NCBI GenBank assembly: GCA_902785935.1
Contig: CADAAN010000005.1
Coordinates: forward strand, 1 to 60,396
From: an uncultured Pseudomonadota bacterium
GTDB lineage: Bacteria; Pseudomonadota; Alphaproteobacteria; RF32; CAG-239
Direction of reading: 5' to 3'
DNA: 60,396 nucleotides
Under the pieces are notes generated by a model that searched no databases, was not told the origin of the DNA, and saw only the letters and a list, made by a program, of their open reading frames with translations. Position numbers and translations under genes: made by a program. Below, one piece after another: positions 10,191 through 20,818 of this stretch (its first letter is position 1; each line of letters opens with the position of its first letter).

Positions 10191-11945
10191 ATGGCACAGC
10201 AAAAATCTAAAACAATCTTGACTTTTATCGGCGGACTGAATAAAGACAAAATCGGCGCCAATTGTCAGGTGATTGAACATACAAACGAAAAAGACCAGAC
10301 AAAACGTGTGATGATTGATTTAGGTTCGCTTTTTGTGCCGTACGGGAGCGAATTTTCAATTGTTTATCCGAATATTGATAAATACTTTCAAAAGCGTGAT
10401 TCTAAACAAAATGAGCCGCAAAAGGCGCCAAAACAGGTTGACGCACTTTTTATCACGCATACCCATCAGGATCATATCGGCGCATTGATTGATATTGTCA
10501 AAATGGGCTATAAGTTACCGCCGATTTATACCAGTGAATATACGGCTCATTGTATCAGATTATCTTTTGCCAAAGAGGCAATGATATCTCCTGAGATTAT
10601 CCGAACAAAAGATTATCACGAAGTCAAAATTGGTGATATTGAGGTGACACCGTTTTATGTCAGTCACAGCGCTGTCGATGCTTTGGGATTTATGGTGCGC
10701 ACATTTGTTGACAATAAACCGCATGTTCGCGTTGTTGATTATGGTGACTTTTTAACAACACCTGAGATGCCTATCGGCCATGCCATGGATCAAAAAGCGC
10801 ACTTAAAGATGCTTAAAGACAAGCCGGCACCGATGACGATTTTTGAGATTGATTCAACATCAACTTCGTCTTCAGGTTTAAAGCGCCTCGGTCTTGAAAA
10901 ATGTGTTGAAAATACAAATGCTGTTTGCAAAAAATACGATGAACGTAATTTCATCATTTCACCTGTTATCGCATACAGCTGGAACAATATTGCGATTGAT
11001 TTTGAAAATGCAAGGCTGCTCGGCACAAAGGTGTTTTTTGACGGGCAGGGATTAAAAATTCCGCTTAATGCCATGAAATTGTGCGGTTATGACAAATATA
11101 ACGATGTGATTTACCACGGCAATATTCAAGAATATATGTCAGATAAAAGCATTAAGAAGAAATATTTTGTTGACACCGGCGCGTTTTTCCAAGGTTTGGA
11201 TGAGTACAACAATAATATATCAGATACACCGACATCGCAAATATGGATGTCCTCATTTGTAAAAATGGCGCTCGGATTGCATCCTGATATTCAACTTTCA
11301 AGTGATTATTTGGTTCTTGCTCGTCAAAGAGATATTGTTGCGGTGACGGGTGATTGCGGACGGACAGCTTATCAACTTTGTGCAAGTCAGGGAGCAAAAG
11401 TCGTTACAACGCCAAACGGTATGGATCAAAGCTATATTGAAACACTTCAAATGCAGGACAGCGGCCATATCAATGCACAAGAGCTTAAAGATTGGATGGA
11501 AGATATCAAAACCGTTGTTGATACACAAAAAATGATGATTTTACCGATACACGGTTCAAACGAACAGAGGCTGGCAACGAAAGATTTAATGCAAGACATT
11601 GATATTTCGTCATATTTTGCTTCAAATGGTGACAACTTTATCCTTTCTCCAAAGGGGATTGCACCGGCTCAAGATAAAGAAGATATCTCGACATTTTTTG
11701 CACTTAAAAAGATTTATCCGGGCATGGACGGACGCACGGACATTGCGCCTGAAGGAATCAATCAATATTGCCTGATTGATAAAGATTATAATCTGATAGA
11801 AAAAATCACTGAGGTTGCAAATACAAAGCAAACAGGACATAAAACCCACACAAGCGGCAAACAAATTGATGAAAAGACCATCAACGAATTGGATGAATTG
11901 CCGATATTTGAAAAAATAAAGCGCAAAAAAAGAGGGCGTTCATAA
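10191..11945 (+). CDS. rnj: RNase J-like metallo-beta-lactamase/beta-CASP ribonuclease
   Basis: HTHQDHIGAL (HxHxDH) motif and typical length. The start is taken at ATG 10191, after GTGAGG. A TTGCAT-16-TATAAT promoter lies at 10142-10169. Confidence 0.65.
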   Translation: MAQQKSKTILTFIGGLNKDKIGANCQVIEHTNEKDQTKRVMIDLGSLFVPYGSEFSIVYPNIDKYFQKRDSKQNEPQKAPKQVDALFITHTHQDHIGALIDIVKMGYKLPPIYTSEYTAHCIRLSFAKEAMISPEIIRTKDYHEVKIGDIEVTPFYVSHSAVDALGFMVRTFVDNKPHVRVVDYGDFLTTPEMPIGHAMDQKAHLKMLKDKPAPMTIFEIDSTSTSSSGLKRLGLEKCVENTNAVCKKYDERNFIISPVIAYSWNNIAIDFENARLLGTKVFFDGQGLKIPLNAMKLCGYDKYNDVIYHGNIQEYMSDKSIKKKYFVDTGAFFQGLDEYNNNISDTPTSQIWMSSFVKMALGLHPDIQLSSDYLVLARQRDIVAVTGDCGRTAYQLCASQGAKVVTTPNGMDQSYIETLQMQDSGHINAQELKDWMEDIKTVVDTQKMMILPIHGSNEQRLATKDLMQDIDISSYFASNGDNFILSPKGIAPAQDKEDISTFFALKKIYPGMDGRTDIAPEGINQYCLIDKDYNLIEKITEVANTKQTGHKTHTSGKQIDEKTINELDELPIFEKIKRKKRGRS

Positions 11946-12102
11946 GATATCAAAGATCGTCTTTTGCAAACGGTCTTTGAGTTTTTTTATTTATTGTTAA
12001 ATAGCGGCTGAAAAGTCGCCTAAAATGCTTGAAAAAAATATCAAATCTTTTATAGATAAAATAAATACACGCATTATTTTTAAATCAAAAGGATTAAAAA
12101 GC

Positions 12103-14301
12103 ATGAAAAATCTGCTCAATCAAGACGAAATGAACGCAATTATCGAGGGTAATCACGACAATGTTTTTGCCGTTTTAGGCCCGCATAAAGATAAAGGCTC
12201 AAAAAATATCTTTATCCGTGCTTTTTTGCCGCATGCCGCAAAAGTGGAAGTCATATCTGAAGACGGCAAAAAATTAGGGCAAATGACCAAACTTGATGAG
12301 CGCGGCTTTTATCAAATTGAGTTTGGCAAGGTCAATGATTTTTCTTATCGCTTTTTGATTGAAAATGATAAAGGTCAAACCTATGAGGCCGAAGATGTTT
12401 ATCGTTTCGGATCAACTTTAGGTGATATTGATGAGTATCTTTTTTCCGAAGGTAATCACCATGAAATATATAAAAAACTCGGCGCACATGAAATTGAAAT
12501 GAACGGCGTCAAAGGCGTTTCGTTTGCCGTTTGGGCACCTAATGCCAAACGTGTCTCGGTCGTCGGGGATTTTAACTTTTGGGACGGGCGACGCAATGTC
12601 ATGCGCAAGCATCCTTCTTGCGGTTTGTGGGATATTTTTATCCCCGATATTGCTCAGGGCTGTGTTTATAAGTACGAAATCAAAACAGCAAACGACAATA
12701 TATTGCTTAAATCCGATCCGTTTGCTTTTTACAGCGAAGTCAGACCAAAGACGGCGTCTGTTGTTTATGATATAGACAGATATCGTTGGGGAGATGATGA
12801 ATGGATGAAAATACGCGAAAGTCACAATACTTTTGACAAGCCGATTTCAATTTACGAAGTGCATTTGGGATCATGGCGCAGAAAAGGCACATTCGGCGAA
12901 AACTTTTTGACATACCGCGTATTTGCAGATTATCTCGTGCCGTATGTCGTCAATATGGGCTTTACGCATGTAGAATTTTTACCGCTTTGTGAGCATCCTT
13001 TAGACGCTTCATGGGGCTATCAGGTGACGGGACTTTTTGCGCCGACATCACGCTTTGGAACGCCAGATGATTTCAAATACATGATTGACCGGTTCCATCA
13101 AGCGGGTATCTCGGTCATTATGGATTGGGTGCCGGCGCATTTTCCGAAAGATGCGCACGGACTTTGCTGTTTTGACGGAACATGCCTTTATGAACATGCT
13201 GACCCAAAAAAAGGCGAGCACAAAGATTGGGGCACAAAAATTTATAATTACGGCCGAACGGAAGTTAACAATGTTTTGTGTGCAAGTGCGCTGTTTTGGC
13301 TCAAAGAATATCATATCGATGGTTTGCGTGTAGATGCCGTAGCTTCTATGCTTTATTTGGATTATTCCAGAAAAGACGGCGAATGGATACCGAATTGTTA
13401 CGGCGGTAATGAAAATTTAGAAGCCATATCGTTTTTAAGAAAAATGAATGAGTTGGCCTATGGTGAAAACCAAGGCATCATGACCGTGGCTGAAGAATCG
13501 ACGGCTTGGCCGATGGTCTCTCGACCGACAAGTATGGGCGGCCTAGGCTTTGGTTATAAATGGAATATGGGTTGGATGAATGATACGCTCAAATACATCA
13601 GTCATGAGCCCGTGCACCGCAAATACCACCACGGTATGCTCACTTTCGGGCTTTTATATGCATTTAACGAAAACTTTATTTTGCCGATTTCACACGATGA
13701 GGTTGTACACGGCAAAGGTTCTATGCTTTCTAAAATGCCGGGTGATGAATGGCAAAAATTTGCAAATTTACGTGCCTATTACGGCTTTATGTGGACACAT
13801 CCGGGTAAAAAACTTTTGTTCATGGGCTGTGAGTTCGGCCAAGATTGGGAATGGAACAGCGCCGAAAGCTTGCGCTGGCATTTATTAGAATATCCGATGT
13901 ATAAGGGAATGCAAAATTGCGTACGCGATTTAAACCTGATGTATCAGGGCAACAGCGCTCTTTATGAAGAAGATTTTGACTATAAAGGATTTGAATGGAT
14001 TGAACACTCTAATTCGGATGACAGCGTCATTTCGTTTATCAGAAAAGGCCATAATCCGGACAATTATCTGATTGTAATATGCAATTTTACACCTGTTGTT
14101 CGCCATAATTACAGGGTAGGGGTGTTTGAACCGTGTAAGTATCAGGAAATTTTCAACAGTGATGACCCTTCTTACTTCGGAAGCGGGGTTCGAAATGAAG
14201 GCGAAATTTATATTTCAATGCAGGGTTGGAATATGAAACCTTATTCCATTGAAGTTACATTGCCCCCGCTTTCAACAATTGTGATTAAACCGGTGAGGTA
14301 G
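12103..14301 (+). CDS. glgB: 1,4-alpha-glucan branching enzyme
   Basis: GH13 motifs: GVSFAVWAPNA, DWVPAHF, GLRVDAVASMLY, AEESTAWP, ISHDEVVHGK. The start may alternatively be 12025. Confidence 0.93.
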   Translation: MKNLLNQDEMNAIIEGNHDNVFAVLGPHKDKGSKNIFIRAFLPHAAKVEVISEDGKKLGQMTKLDERGFYQIEFGKVNDFSYRFLIENDKGQTYEAEDVYRFGSTLGDIDEYLFSEGNHHEIYKKLGAHEIEMNGVKGVSFAVWAPNAKRVSVVGDFNFWDGRRNVMRKHPSCGLWDIFIPDIAQGCVYKYEIKTANDNILLKSDPFAFYSEVRPKTASVVYDIDRYRWGDDEWMKIRESHNTFDKPISIYEVHLGSWRRKGTFGENFLTYRVFADYLVPYVVNMGFTHVEFLPLCEHPLDASWGYQVTGLFAPTSRFGTPDDFKYMIDRFHQAGISVIMDWVPAHFPKDAHGLCCFDGTCLYEHADPKKGEHKDWGTKIYNYGRTEVNNVLCASALFWLKEYHIDGLRVDAVASMLYLDYSRKDGEWIPNCYGGNENLEAISFLRKMNELAYGENQGIMTVAEESTAWPMVSRPTSMGGLGFGYKWNMGWMNDTLKYISHEPVHRKYHHGMLTFGLLYAFNENFILPISHDEVVHGKGSMLSKMPGDEWQKFANLRAYYGFMWTHPGKKLLFMGCEFGQDWEWNSAESLRWHLLEYPMYKGMQNCVRDLNLMYQGNSALYEEDFDYKGFEWIEHSNSDDSVISFIRKGHNPDNYLIVICNFTPVVRHNYRVGVFEPCKYQEIFNSDDPSYFGSGVRNEGEIYISMQGWNMKPYSIEVTLPPLSTIVIKPVR

Positions 14302-14310
14302 ATATCAGAT

Positions 14311-16380
14311 ATGAAAATCTTAAAACAAGACAAAGGAAAACCATACCCGTTAGGCGCAACGTTTGACGGGCAGGGGACAAATTTTGCACTTTTTTCGGCA
14401 CATGCCGTCAAAGTTTTTCTTTGCTTGTTTGATACGTCAGGCAAAAAAGAACTTTGCCGAATTGAGCTTAAAGAAAATACGGCCGGTATTTGGCATATTT
14501 ATCTCAAAGGGATTAAACCGGGGCAAATTTACGGTTATCGCGTTGATGGTCCTTATTTGCCATTGGAAGGTAAAAGATTTAATAAAAACAAACTGTTAAT
14601 AGATCCTTACGCTAAAAAGTTGACAGGAAAATTAATATGGCATAAAGCAATTTTCGGCTATGATGTTGACAGTCCGGATCAGGATTTGTCGTTTTCAACG
14701 CTTGACAGTGCGCCATATGTGCCAAAATCTGTTGTTATTCAAGATAATTATGACTGGGAAGATGATGCAAAACCTGATATTGCACCTGAAAAAACGCTGA
14801 TTTATGAACTCCATGCCAAAGGCTACACCGCTCTTTTTCCAAAAGCCAAAGATAAAGACAAGGGAAAACTGATTGCGCTTGCATCCAAAGAGATACAAAC
14901 TTATATTAAATGGCTTGGTGTTACTTCTGTCGAACTGATGCCGATATTTGCCTTTTGTGCGGATACCAAAAGAGATAATCGGATAAATTATTGGGGCTAT
15001 GAAACGTTATCGTTTTTTGCACTCGAAAATGCTTATTTAAAAGATGAAAATCAAAATGACCTGAAAGATGTTGTCAAAGCCTTTCACAAAAACGCTAAAG
15101 AAGTGATTTTAGATGTTGTATACAACCACACGATAGAAGGCAACCATTTAGGACCGACACTTTGTTATCGCGGTATTGATAATGAAAGTTACTATGTCTT
15201 GGATAAAATAAACAAGCGATTTTATTTTGACAGCACCGGTTGCGGAGCAAGTTTTAACGTTAATAACGTCAATGTTTTACGCCTTGTGACTGATTCATTG
15301 AGATATTTTGTAAAAAATTATCATATTGACGGGTTTCGTTTTGATTTAATGGCATCTTTGTGTCGAGAACCTATGGAGTTTAAGCACAACAATGCATTTA
15401 TAAAAGCCTTAAAACAAGATGAAATTTTGCGTACGGTTAAATTGATTGCAGAACCGTGGGATATCGGATATGACGGTTATCAAATCGGTGCTTTCGGTGC
15501 CGGTATTTTTGAGTGGAATGACAGATTCCGTGATGTTGTCCGGCGTTTTTGGCGTGAAGATAATCGTCAGATCGGAGAACTCGCAAGTCGTATTGCCGGT
15601 TCAAGTGATATTTTCGGCTATCACAACAGAAACCTTTTCTCTAGCGTCAATTTTATTACAGCGCATGATGGTTTTTGCCTTTATGATTTGGTTAGTTTTG
15701 ATCAAAAACATAATGAGGCAAACGGAGAACACAATCAAGACGGTACAAACGAAAATTTCAGTTCAAATTCAGGTATTGAAGGTGTTCTTGCTTCTGATGA
15801 TATACGTCAAAAACGCATTAAGCGCGCAAAAAATTTAATGGCAACATTGCTCTTTTCTTTCGGGACACCGATGATTTTAAGCGGAGATGAGTTTTTAAAA
15901 ACGCAGATGGGTAACAATAATCCGTATAATCAAGACAATATTTTAAGCTATATTGCATGGGATGCCATTACCAAAGAGGGGTATGCGTTTGCGCCTTTCG
16001 TTCGGCGATTGATTAAATTAAGAAACAGCCTTCAAATATTTGAAAAAACAAACTTTTTTGAAGGAATAAAAGAAAAAAGTTCGCCTTATAAAGATTTGGC
16101 ATGGTTTAATGAAAAAGGTGAAGAATTTAAGGTTTCTGATTGGCAGAATGCTGATAAAAAAGCAATTGCATATTTGGCCTATGATGGGCAAAAATTGCTT
16201 TATACCGCCTTAAATGCTTCAAATCAGACTATAAAATGGACACTTCCTGTAATAAAAAAAGCAGGGCATTTTAAATTGTTATTCTCAACAGATGACAATT
16301 TAATGTTAAATAAAAAGATAAGCGGACAACAAATTGATTTTCCGTCAGAAACAATATTTGCGATAGAAATAACAAAGTGA
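14311..16380 (+). CDS. glgX: Glycogen debranching enzyme GlgX
   Basis: GKPYPLGATFDGQGTNFALFSAHA N-terminus, plus DVVYNHT, GFRFDL, EPWD and FITAHDGF motifs. Confidence 0.93.
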   Translation: MKILKQDKGKPYPLGATFDGQGTNFALFSAHAVKVFLCLFDTSGKKELCRIELKENTAGIWHIYLKGIKPGQIYGYRVDGPYLPLEGKRFNKNKLLIDPYAKKLTGKLIWHKAIFGYDVDSPDQDLSFSTLDSAPYVPKSVVIQDNYDWEDDAKPDIAPEKTLIYELHAKGYTALFPKAKDKDKGKLIALASKEIQTYIKWLGVTSVELMPIFAFCADTKRDNRINYWGYETLSFFALENAYLKDENQNDLKDVVKAFHKNAKEVILDVVYNHTIEGNHLGPTLCYRGIDNESYYVLDKINKRFYFDSTGCGASFNVNNVNVLRLVTDSLRYFVKNYHIDGFRFDLMASLCREPMEFKHNNAFIKALKQDEILRTVKLIAEPWDIGYDGYQIGAFGAGIFEWNDRFRDVVRRFWREDNRQIGELASRIAGSSDIFGYHNRNLFSSVNFITAHDGFCLYDLVSFDQKHNEANGEHNQDGTNENFSSNSGIEGVLASDDIRQKRIKRAKNLMATLLFSFGTPMILSGDEFLKTQMGNNNPYNQDNILSYIAWDAITKEGYAFAPFVRRLIKLRNSLQIFEKTNFFEGIKEKSSPYKDLAWFNEKGEEFKVSDWQNADKKAIAYLAYDGQKLLYTALNASNQTIKWTLPVIKKAGHFKLLFSTDDNLMLNKKISGQQIDFPSETIFAIEITK

Positions 16381-16387
16381 GGTAAAA

Positions 16388-18511
16388 ATGACGCAAAAAC
16401 TTGATGAACTTTCAAAAAAATTAGGCATTGCAACGACCTTTTCAGCTATAGGGATGAATGAATGTCACGTGCCTGACGAATTGCTTAAATTTATGTGTTG
16501 TCAATTTGGAATGGATGTTTCAAGCGAACAAGCTGTTCAAAAATCATGTGAAATGCTGGATAACAGGTGTTATGATGAGGTTGTGGCTCCGGTATATGTT
16601 GTGCGTCAAAATAACCTTCAAATTGATGTCTATGTTGCAAAAAATGATGCATCATCAATTTTTGATTTAAGCTTCAGTCCCCAAGGAAAAAAACAATATA
16701 AAACTCTGAGCTTTGAATGTTTTAAAGCTCTTGAAAAAGAAATCAATGGCCAAATTTACCAAAAACAAGTCTTAATAATCAAAGATTGTCTTAAAATCGG
16801 CTATTATGATTTAAGACTCAAGGTAAAGGGTAGGGTCTACCACAGCGTTTTAGCGGTTGCTCCGGAAAAATGCTATGTACCGCACGAAATAGAAGGAAAA
16901 AAAATATGGGGTTTTGCTCTGCAACTTTATTCATTGAAAAGCAAGCGCAACTGGGGTGTCGGTGATTTTACGGATTTAAAGAATTTTGCAACTCTTGCGG
17001 CCAAAAATGGTGCAGATATTATTGGTCTTAACCCGATTAATGTCCTATCGCATGATTTTCCTGAAAATGCAAGTCCTTATGCCTCAATCAGCCGTTTTTT
17101 CTTAAATCCGATTTATATTGATGTTGAAAAAACAGCTGGTTTTAATGAAAGAATCAAATCCCATCATGCCGCGCAAATCGATAAAGTAAAAAAAACAAAT
17201 TTAATTGATTATACAAATGTTTATAATATAAAAATTAATGCTTTGAGTGAAATATTCAAAACATATCAAAAACCGATAAAAGCTTTTGAAAAGTTTAAAA
17301 AAGAAGGTGGTACACGATTGCATCTTTTTGCACTATATCAGGCTATTTATCATGAAAAATGCAAAAGTGTTTGGGGTGGCTGGCAAGCTTGGCCTGAAGG
17401 ACTTAAAAATCAAGATCCGATGGATATTGCTATTTTTGAACAGACCCATTCGGATGAAATTGAATTTTTCAAATTTTTGCAGTTTGAGGCCTCAAGACAA
17501 TTTGAAGATGCGGCTGAATACATCAAAAAACTTAAAATGAAAATAGGGCTTTATCGCGATTTGCCTGTCGGTGTATCAAAAGACAGTGCCGAGCTTTGGT
17601 CGGATAAGGATTCCTATATTAAGGGCACAGGGGCAGGCGCTCCGCCCGATATGTTTTTTCCGCAAGGACAAAAATGGTGCTTAGGGGCTTTTGATCCGCA
17701 ACATTTGCGAGATTGTGCTTATGCGCCGTTTTTAGAAATTTTGCGTGCCAATATGAAGTATGCCGGTGCACTTCGTATGGATCATGTGATGAGCTTGATG
17801 CGTCTTTTTATGATTAAGGATGATGGCAATGAAGGAACATATATTTATTACAATTTTGAAGATATGCTCGCTCTCGTGGCGCTTGAAAGTGTACTAAATC
17901 AATGTTTGATTGTGGGTGAGAGTATCGGAAATGTGCCTGACGGTTTTGTTGAAACATTGGATAAAAACGATATTTATTCCATGAGTGTTTTATGGGCAGA
18001 ACGCTGGAATTGCGGTATGGGCGATTTCAAGGCTCCCGAATATTATCCGAAGAAGGCATTTGTATCTGTTGCAACGCACGATATGCCTCCGCTTAAAATG
18101 TGGTGGTTCGGCTATGAAATAGAGCTAAAATATAAACTTAAAATGATTGATGAAAACGAGCGTACGCGTTTGTATAAAGAGCGCGAAGATGAGCGCTTAA
18201 AGCTCTTAAAAGTTTTGGATGAAAATAGCGTTTGGCCGAAAGATAATTTACGAAAAAACAACTATTTATATGGTGAAGGTTATCCTGAAGGTTTAACTGA
18301 GGCCGTGCATACTTTGATTGCTAAATCTCAAAGTAAAGTTGTGATTTTACAACTTGAGGATATTTTGGGCGTTGAAGAATTGCAAAACTTGCCTGGGACA
18401 GACAGGGACAAATACCCCAATTGGCGTCATAAGCTGCCGATTGATTTGGAAGATTTAGAATTAAATAACGATTTTCTACGCAATATCAAAGCAGTGAAAG
18501 AAGAAAGATAA
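16388..18511 (+). CDS. malQ: 4-alpha-glucanotransferase (amylomaltase, GH77)
   Basis: WGFALQLYSLKSKRNWGVGDFTDL, LRMDHVMSL, ATHDMPP and PGTDRDKYPNWRHKL. Confidence 0.92.
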   Translation: MTQKLDELSKKLGIATTFSAIGMNECHVPDELLKFMCCQFGMDVSSEQAVQKSCEMLDNRCYDEVVAPVYVVRQNNLQIDVYVAKNDASSIFDLSFSPQGKKQYKTLSFECFKALEKEINGQIYQKQVLIIKDCLKIGYYDLRLKVKGRVYHSVLAVAPEKCYVPHEIEGKKIWGFALQLYSLKSKRNWGVGDFTDLKNFATLAAKNGADIIGLNPINVLSHDFPENASPYASISRFFLNPIYIDVEKTAGFNERIKSHHAAQIDKVKKTNLIDYTNVYNIKINALSEIFKTYQKPIKAFEKFKKEGGTRLHLFALYQAIYHEKCKSVWGGWQAWPEGLKNQDPMDIAIFEQTHSDEIEFFKFLQFEASRQFEDAAEYIKKLKMKIGLYRDLPVGVSKDSAELWSDKDSYIKGTGAGAPPDMFFPQGQKWCLGAFDPQHLRDCAYAPFLEILRANMKYAGALRMDHVMSLMRLFMIKDDGNEGTYIYYNFEDMLALVALESVLNQCLIVGESIGNVPDGFVETLDKNDIYSMSVLWAERWNCGMGDFKAPEYYPKKAFVSVATHDMPPLKMWWFGYEIELKYKLKMIDENERTRLYKEREDERLKLLKVLDENSVWPKDNLRKNNYLYGEGYPEGLTEAVHTLIAKSQSKVVILQLEDILGVEELQNLPGTDRDKYPNWRHKLPIDLEDLELNNDFLRNIKAVKEER

Positions 18512-18563
18512 TTTTTTAATTATCTCAATTTTCATACATCAAGCATAAAAATTATTTTTATGC

Positions 18564-18593
18564 TTGACTGGGGCTGTTTTTTTATGTTATAGT
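18564..18593 (+). promoter_or_regulatory. Putative sigma70 promoter of leader copy B
   Basis: TTGACT (18564-18569), 18-nt spacer, TATAGT (18588-18593). It overlaps the malQ terminator hairpin AGCATAAAAAT/ATTTTTATGCT. Confidence 0.45.
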
Positions 18594-18599
18594 TAAAGG

Positions 18600-18851
18600 C
18601 AGATAAGAAAGTTTAGGCTTTTTTATCAAGTACCCTGATAGGGTGCGGAGTTTCTTAAGGCTCTATTAGCTGCGATGATAGGATACATCGTAATTTTATG
18701 GTGTTTTTTTGTTTTTAAAACACAATTATCCCCGAGATTTTAGTCGGGGGACTTGTAACGGATGTCCAAGGATTTTCCTAAAGGTTATAAGAGTCATTTC
18801 AGCTAATATGATTTTAAGATTCCCCGTCGCTCCTCAAGGCGCGGCTTTTTT
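18600..18851 (+). promoter_or_regulatory. Structured two-terminator 5' leader RNA, family copy B
   Basis: Same block order as copy A: GUACCC..GGGUGC hairpin, terminator 1 at 18685-18710, AUCCCCGAG/UCGGGGGA hairpin, GUAAC...GUUAU helix enclosing GGAUGUCCA..CUAAAG, AGUCAUUU, AUGAUU, and CCCC followed by terminator 2 at 18824-18851. Confidence 0.75.
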
Positions 18852-18891
18852 AATATGTAATGACATGCAAAATAAAAACAGGAGAAAAAAT

Positions 18892-19788
18892 ATGAAAAAA
18901 TATATTTTGATTATCGGATTGATCATATCATGGAGTGCAAAGGCAAGTGATGAAATAACGATTGTGGCTCAAACAGACCCGAATGATGCTTCAACAAAAT
19001 GCGGGAATGATTGTACATGGAAACTTTACAGCGACGGCCGGTTTGAAATAACAGGAACAGGTGCCATGTATGATTACGGGCAAAAACACGGAATTAATAC
19101 AAACTGGGCTGTAGATGGTTCTCCTTGGGATGATTATATCGATCAAATTAAATCCGTCGACATTTCACACGGCATTACGACAGTAGGAAATAGCGCTTTT
19201 AAAGGAGCCTTAAATTTAAAAAATGTTCAAATACCAGAGGGTGTGGTATCAATCGGAAATGGCTCATTTATGAGCTGTCAGATGCCTGAAATCAAATTAC
19301 CGGATTCACTCAAAAAAATAGATGCTTGGGCATTTGCAGAAAGTGTATTTTCAAAAATTGATATACCTGTTTCTGTCGAAGAGATAGGACGAGCTGCATT
19401 TTGGGGTACAAGAATCGGAACACTTGTCTTGCCGGATTTGCTCAAATCTATGGCAAGTGATGTATTTTACGCATCTACGGTCAACACAATTGTAATTTCA
19501 GATAAGCTCAGCAACATTGATCAAGGCGCTTTTAACGGCGCAATTCATTTACAATCGATTTACTGCACCGGCGATGTCGATGTTTGCAAAACAAATGTCG
19601 GCGAAAGTTTTGCCGATAAAGTCAAAAAAGCCTCAATAAAGAAAATTAACGGCGTGACATATGTTGTTGATAACAAAGGAAAAATTGTCGCGACATCCGG
19701 CCATCGTACAGAAAAACGCATTTATACAATCGATGAAGCAAACCAAGTTGCTGGAAAAATAAATTCGGTCTCAATTCGGTATCGATAA
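18892..19788 (+). CDS. Secreted BspA-type leucine-rich-repeat protein with C-terminal RIYTIDEAN...IRYR tag
   Basis: Start at 18892 after GGAG. Signal peptide MKKYILIIGLIISWSAKA. Repeats of the type IxxIGxxAFxxC/xxLxxIxIP. The last 24 aa are KRIYTIDEANQVAGKINSVSIRYR. Confidence 0.85.
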   Translation: MKKYILIIGLIISWSAKASDEITIVAQTDPNDASTKCGNDCTWKLYSDGRFEITGTGAMYDYGQKHGINTNWAVDGSPWDDYIDQIKSVDISHGITTVGNSAFKGALNLKNVQIPEGVVSIGNGSFMSCQMPEIKLPDSLKKIDAWAFAESVFSKIDIPVSVEEIGRAAFWGTRIGTLVLPDLLKSMASDVFYASTVNTIVISDKLSNIDQGAFNGAIHLQSIYCTGDVDVCKTNVGESFADKVKKASIKKINGVTYVVDNKGKIVATSGHRTEKRIYTIDEANQVAGKINSVSIRYR

Positions 19789-19975
19789 ATGTCAAATATT
19801 TTGTTTTTGAAGGCTTGCAAAATGCAAGTCTTTTTTCTGCTAATTTATTTTTTAAATCGTTTTGTATACATAATAAACATTATGCGACAAATAGTATAAA
19901 TTGGAAGTGAGCCTCCCTGTTATAAAAAATTATTGATTTTAAAATTATTCATTTAAAATTATGTTATCCGTGCAC

Positions 19976-20530
19976 TTAAATTATGTAAATATAAATTTCT
20001 GCATTTATGCCAAATCTTGAAGATTTATGCCTTTTATACTCTTTAAGATAAGATAAAGGATAATCTGCCGCGACGACAAAGCTTTCGTGTTTTAATTCTT
20101 TCTTGAGTTTTAATCCGACCTGATCGCCCTGTGCTTTAAGCACATAAGCAAAAACAACATTAAATACAGACAAATTTTCTTTCATATAATTTTTTTGCTT
20201 AAAAACGATATTTTTCAATCCTCTTGCCTTTTTTCTTGAGATTTGTATTAAAATCGGATCCCATTCATAGCCGATAAAACGATGCTGCGGAAATTCTTTT
20301 GCAAGCGGTATTAATACGCTTCCCGTCCCGGAGCCTAAATCAACAATTTTGAGTGATTTATTTGATGTTTGAAGCTTATTTTTTAATATCAATCGTACAT
20401 CTTTGCCGATTTTAGAATTTGTCGGTACAAACGGCGCAAATTTTCCGCATCCGTTCAAAACATAGGAATAAAGACAAAAACAGACCCATAAGAATGAACA
20501 AATAAAAATTAAAAAGGCGATATATAACAT
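19976..20530 (-). CDS. Class I SAM-dependent methyltransferase with an N-terminal membrane anchor
   Basis: VDLGSGTGSV motif I. The start is taken at ATG 20530, after GGGGA. The longer ORF (to 20647) overlaps leader copy F. Confidence 0.7.
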   Translation of the reverse strand: MLYIAFLIFICSFLWVCFCLYSYVLNGCGKFAPFVPTNSKIGKDVRLILKNKLQTSNKSLKIVDLGSGTGSVLIPLAKEFPQHRFIGYEWDPILIQISRKKARGLKNIVFKQKNYMKENLSVFNVVFAYVLKAQGDQVGLKLKKELKHESFVVAADYPLSYLKEYKRHKSSRFGINAEIYIYII

Positions 20531-20558
20531 TATTTTTCCCCAAATGATGAAACAGTAG

Positions 20559-20777
20559 AAAAACCACCTTTTAAGGTGGTCAGGGCGTTCATAAATCATA
20601 TATCTCGAAATGACTTTGATGGTCTTTAGAAAAAAAATCCTGAACATTCACCATCAACACCCCGACCGAATGTCAGGGATATAATTTGTTTTGACAGCTA
20701 TCCAACTGTCACGAGATATAAAGGTTTATGAAAACCCCGCACCTTTTCGGTGCTGTACGGCACAATATAACCATACT
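20559..20777 (-). promoter_or_regulatory. Structured 5' leader RNA, family copy F (divergent; terminator 1 lacks a U-run)
   Basis: Minus strand reads GCGGGGUUU..AAACCUU hairpin, GACAG..CUGUC hairpin, AUCCCUGAC/GUCGGGG hairpin, UUGAUGG...CCAUCAA helix enclosing GAAUGUUCA..CUAAAG, AGUCAUUU, AUGAUU, CCCUGAC, then terminator CCACC/GGUGG + U5 (20559-20580). Candidate promoter TTGTTT-17-TATACT at 20784-20812. Confidence 0.6.
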
Positions 20778-20818
20778 CAAGAGAGTATATGCCAATGTCT
20801 GTTAAAAAACAATGAAAA

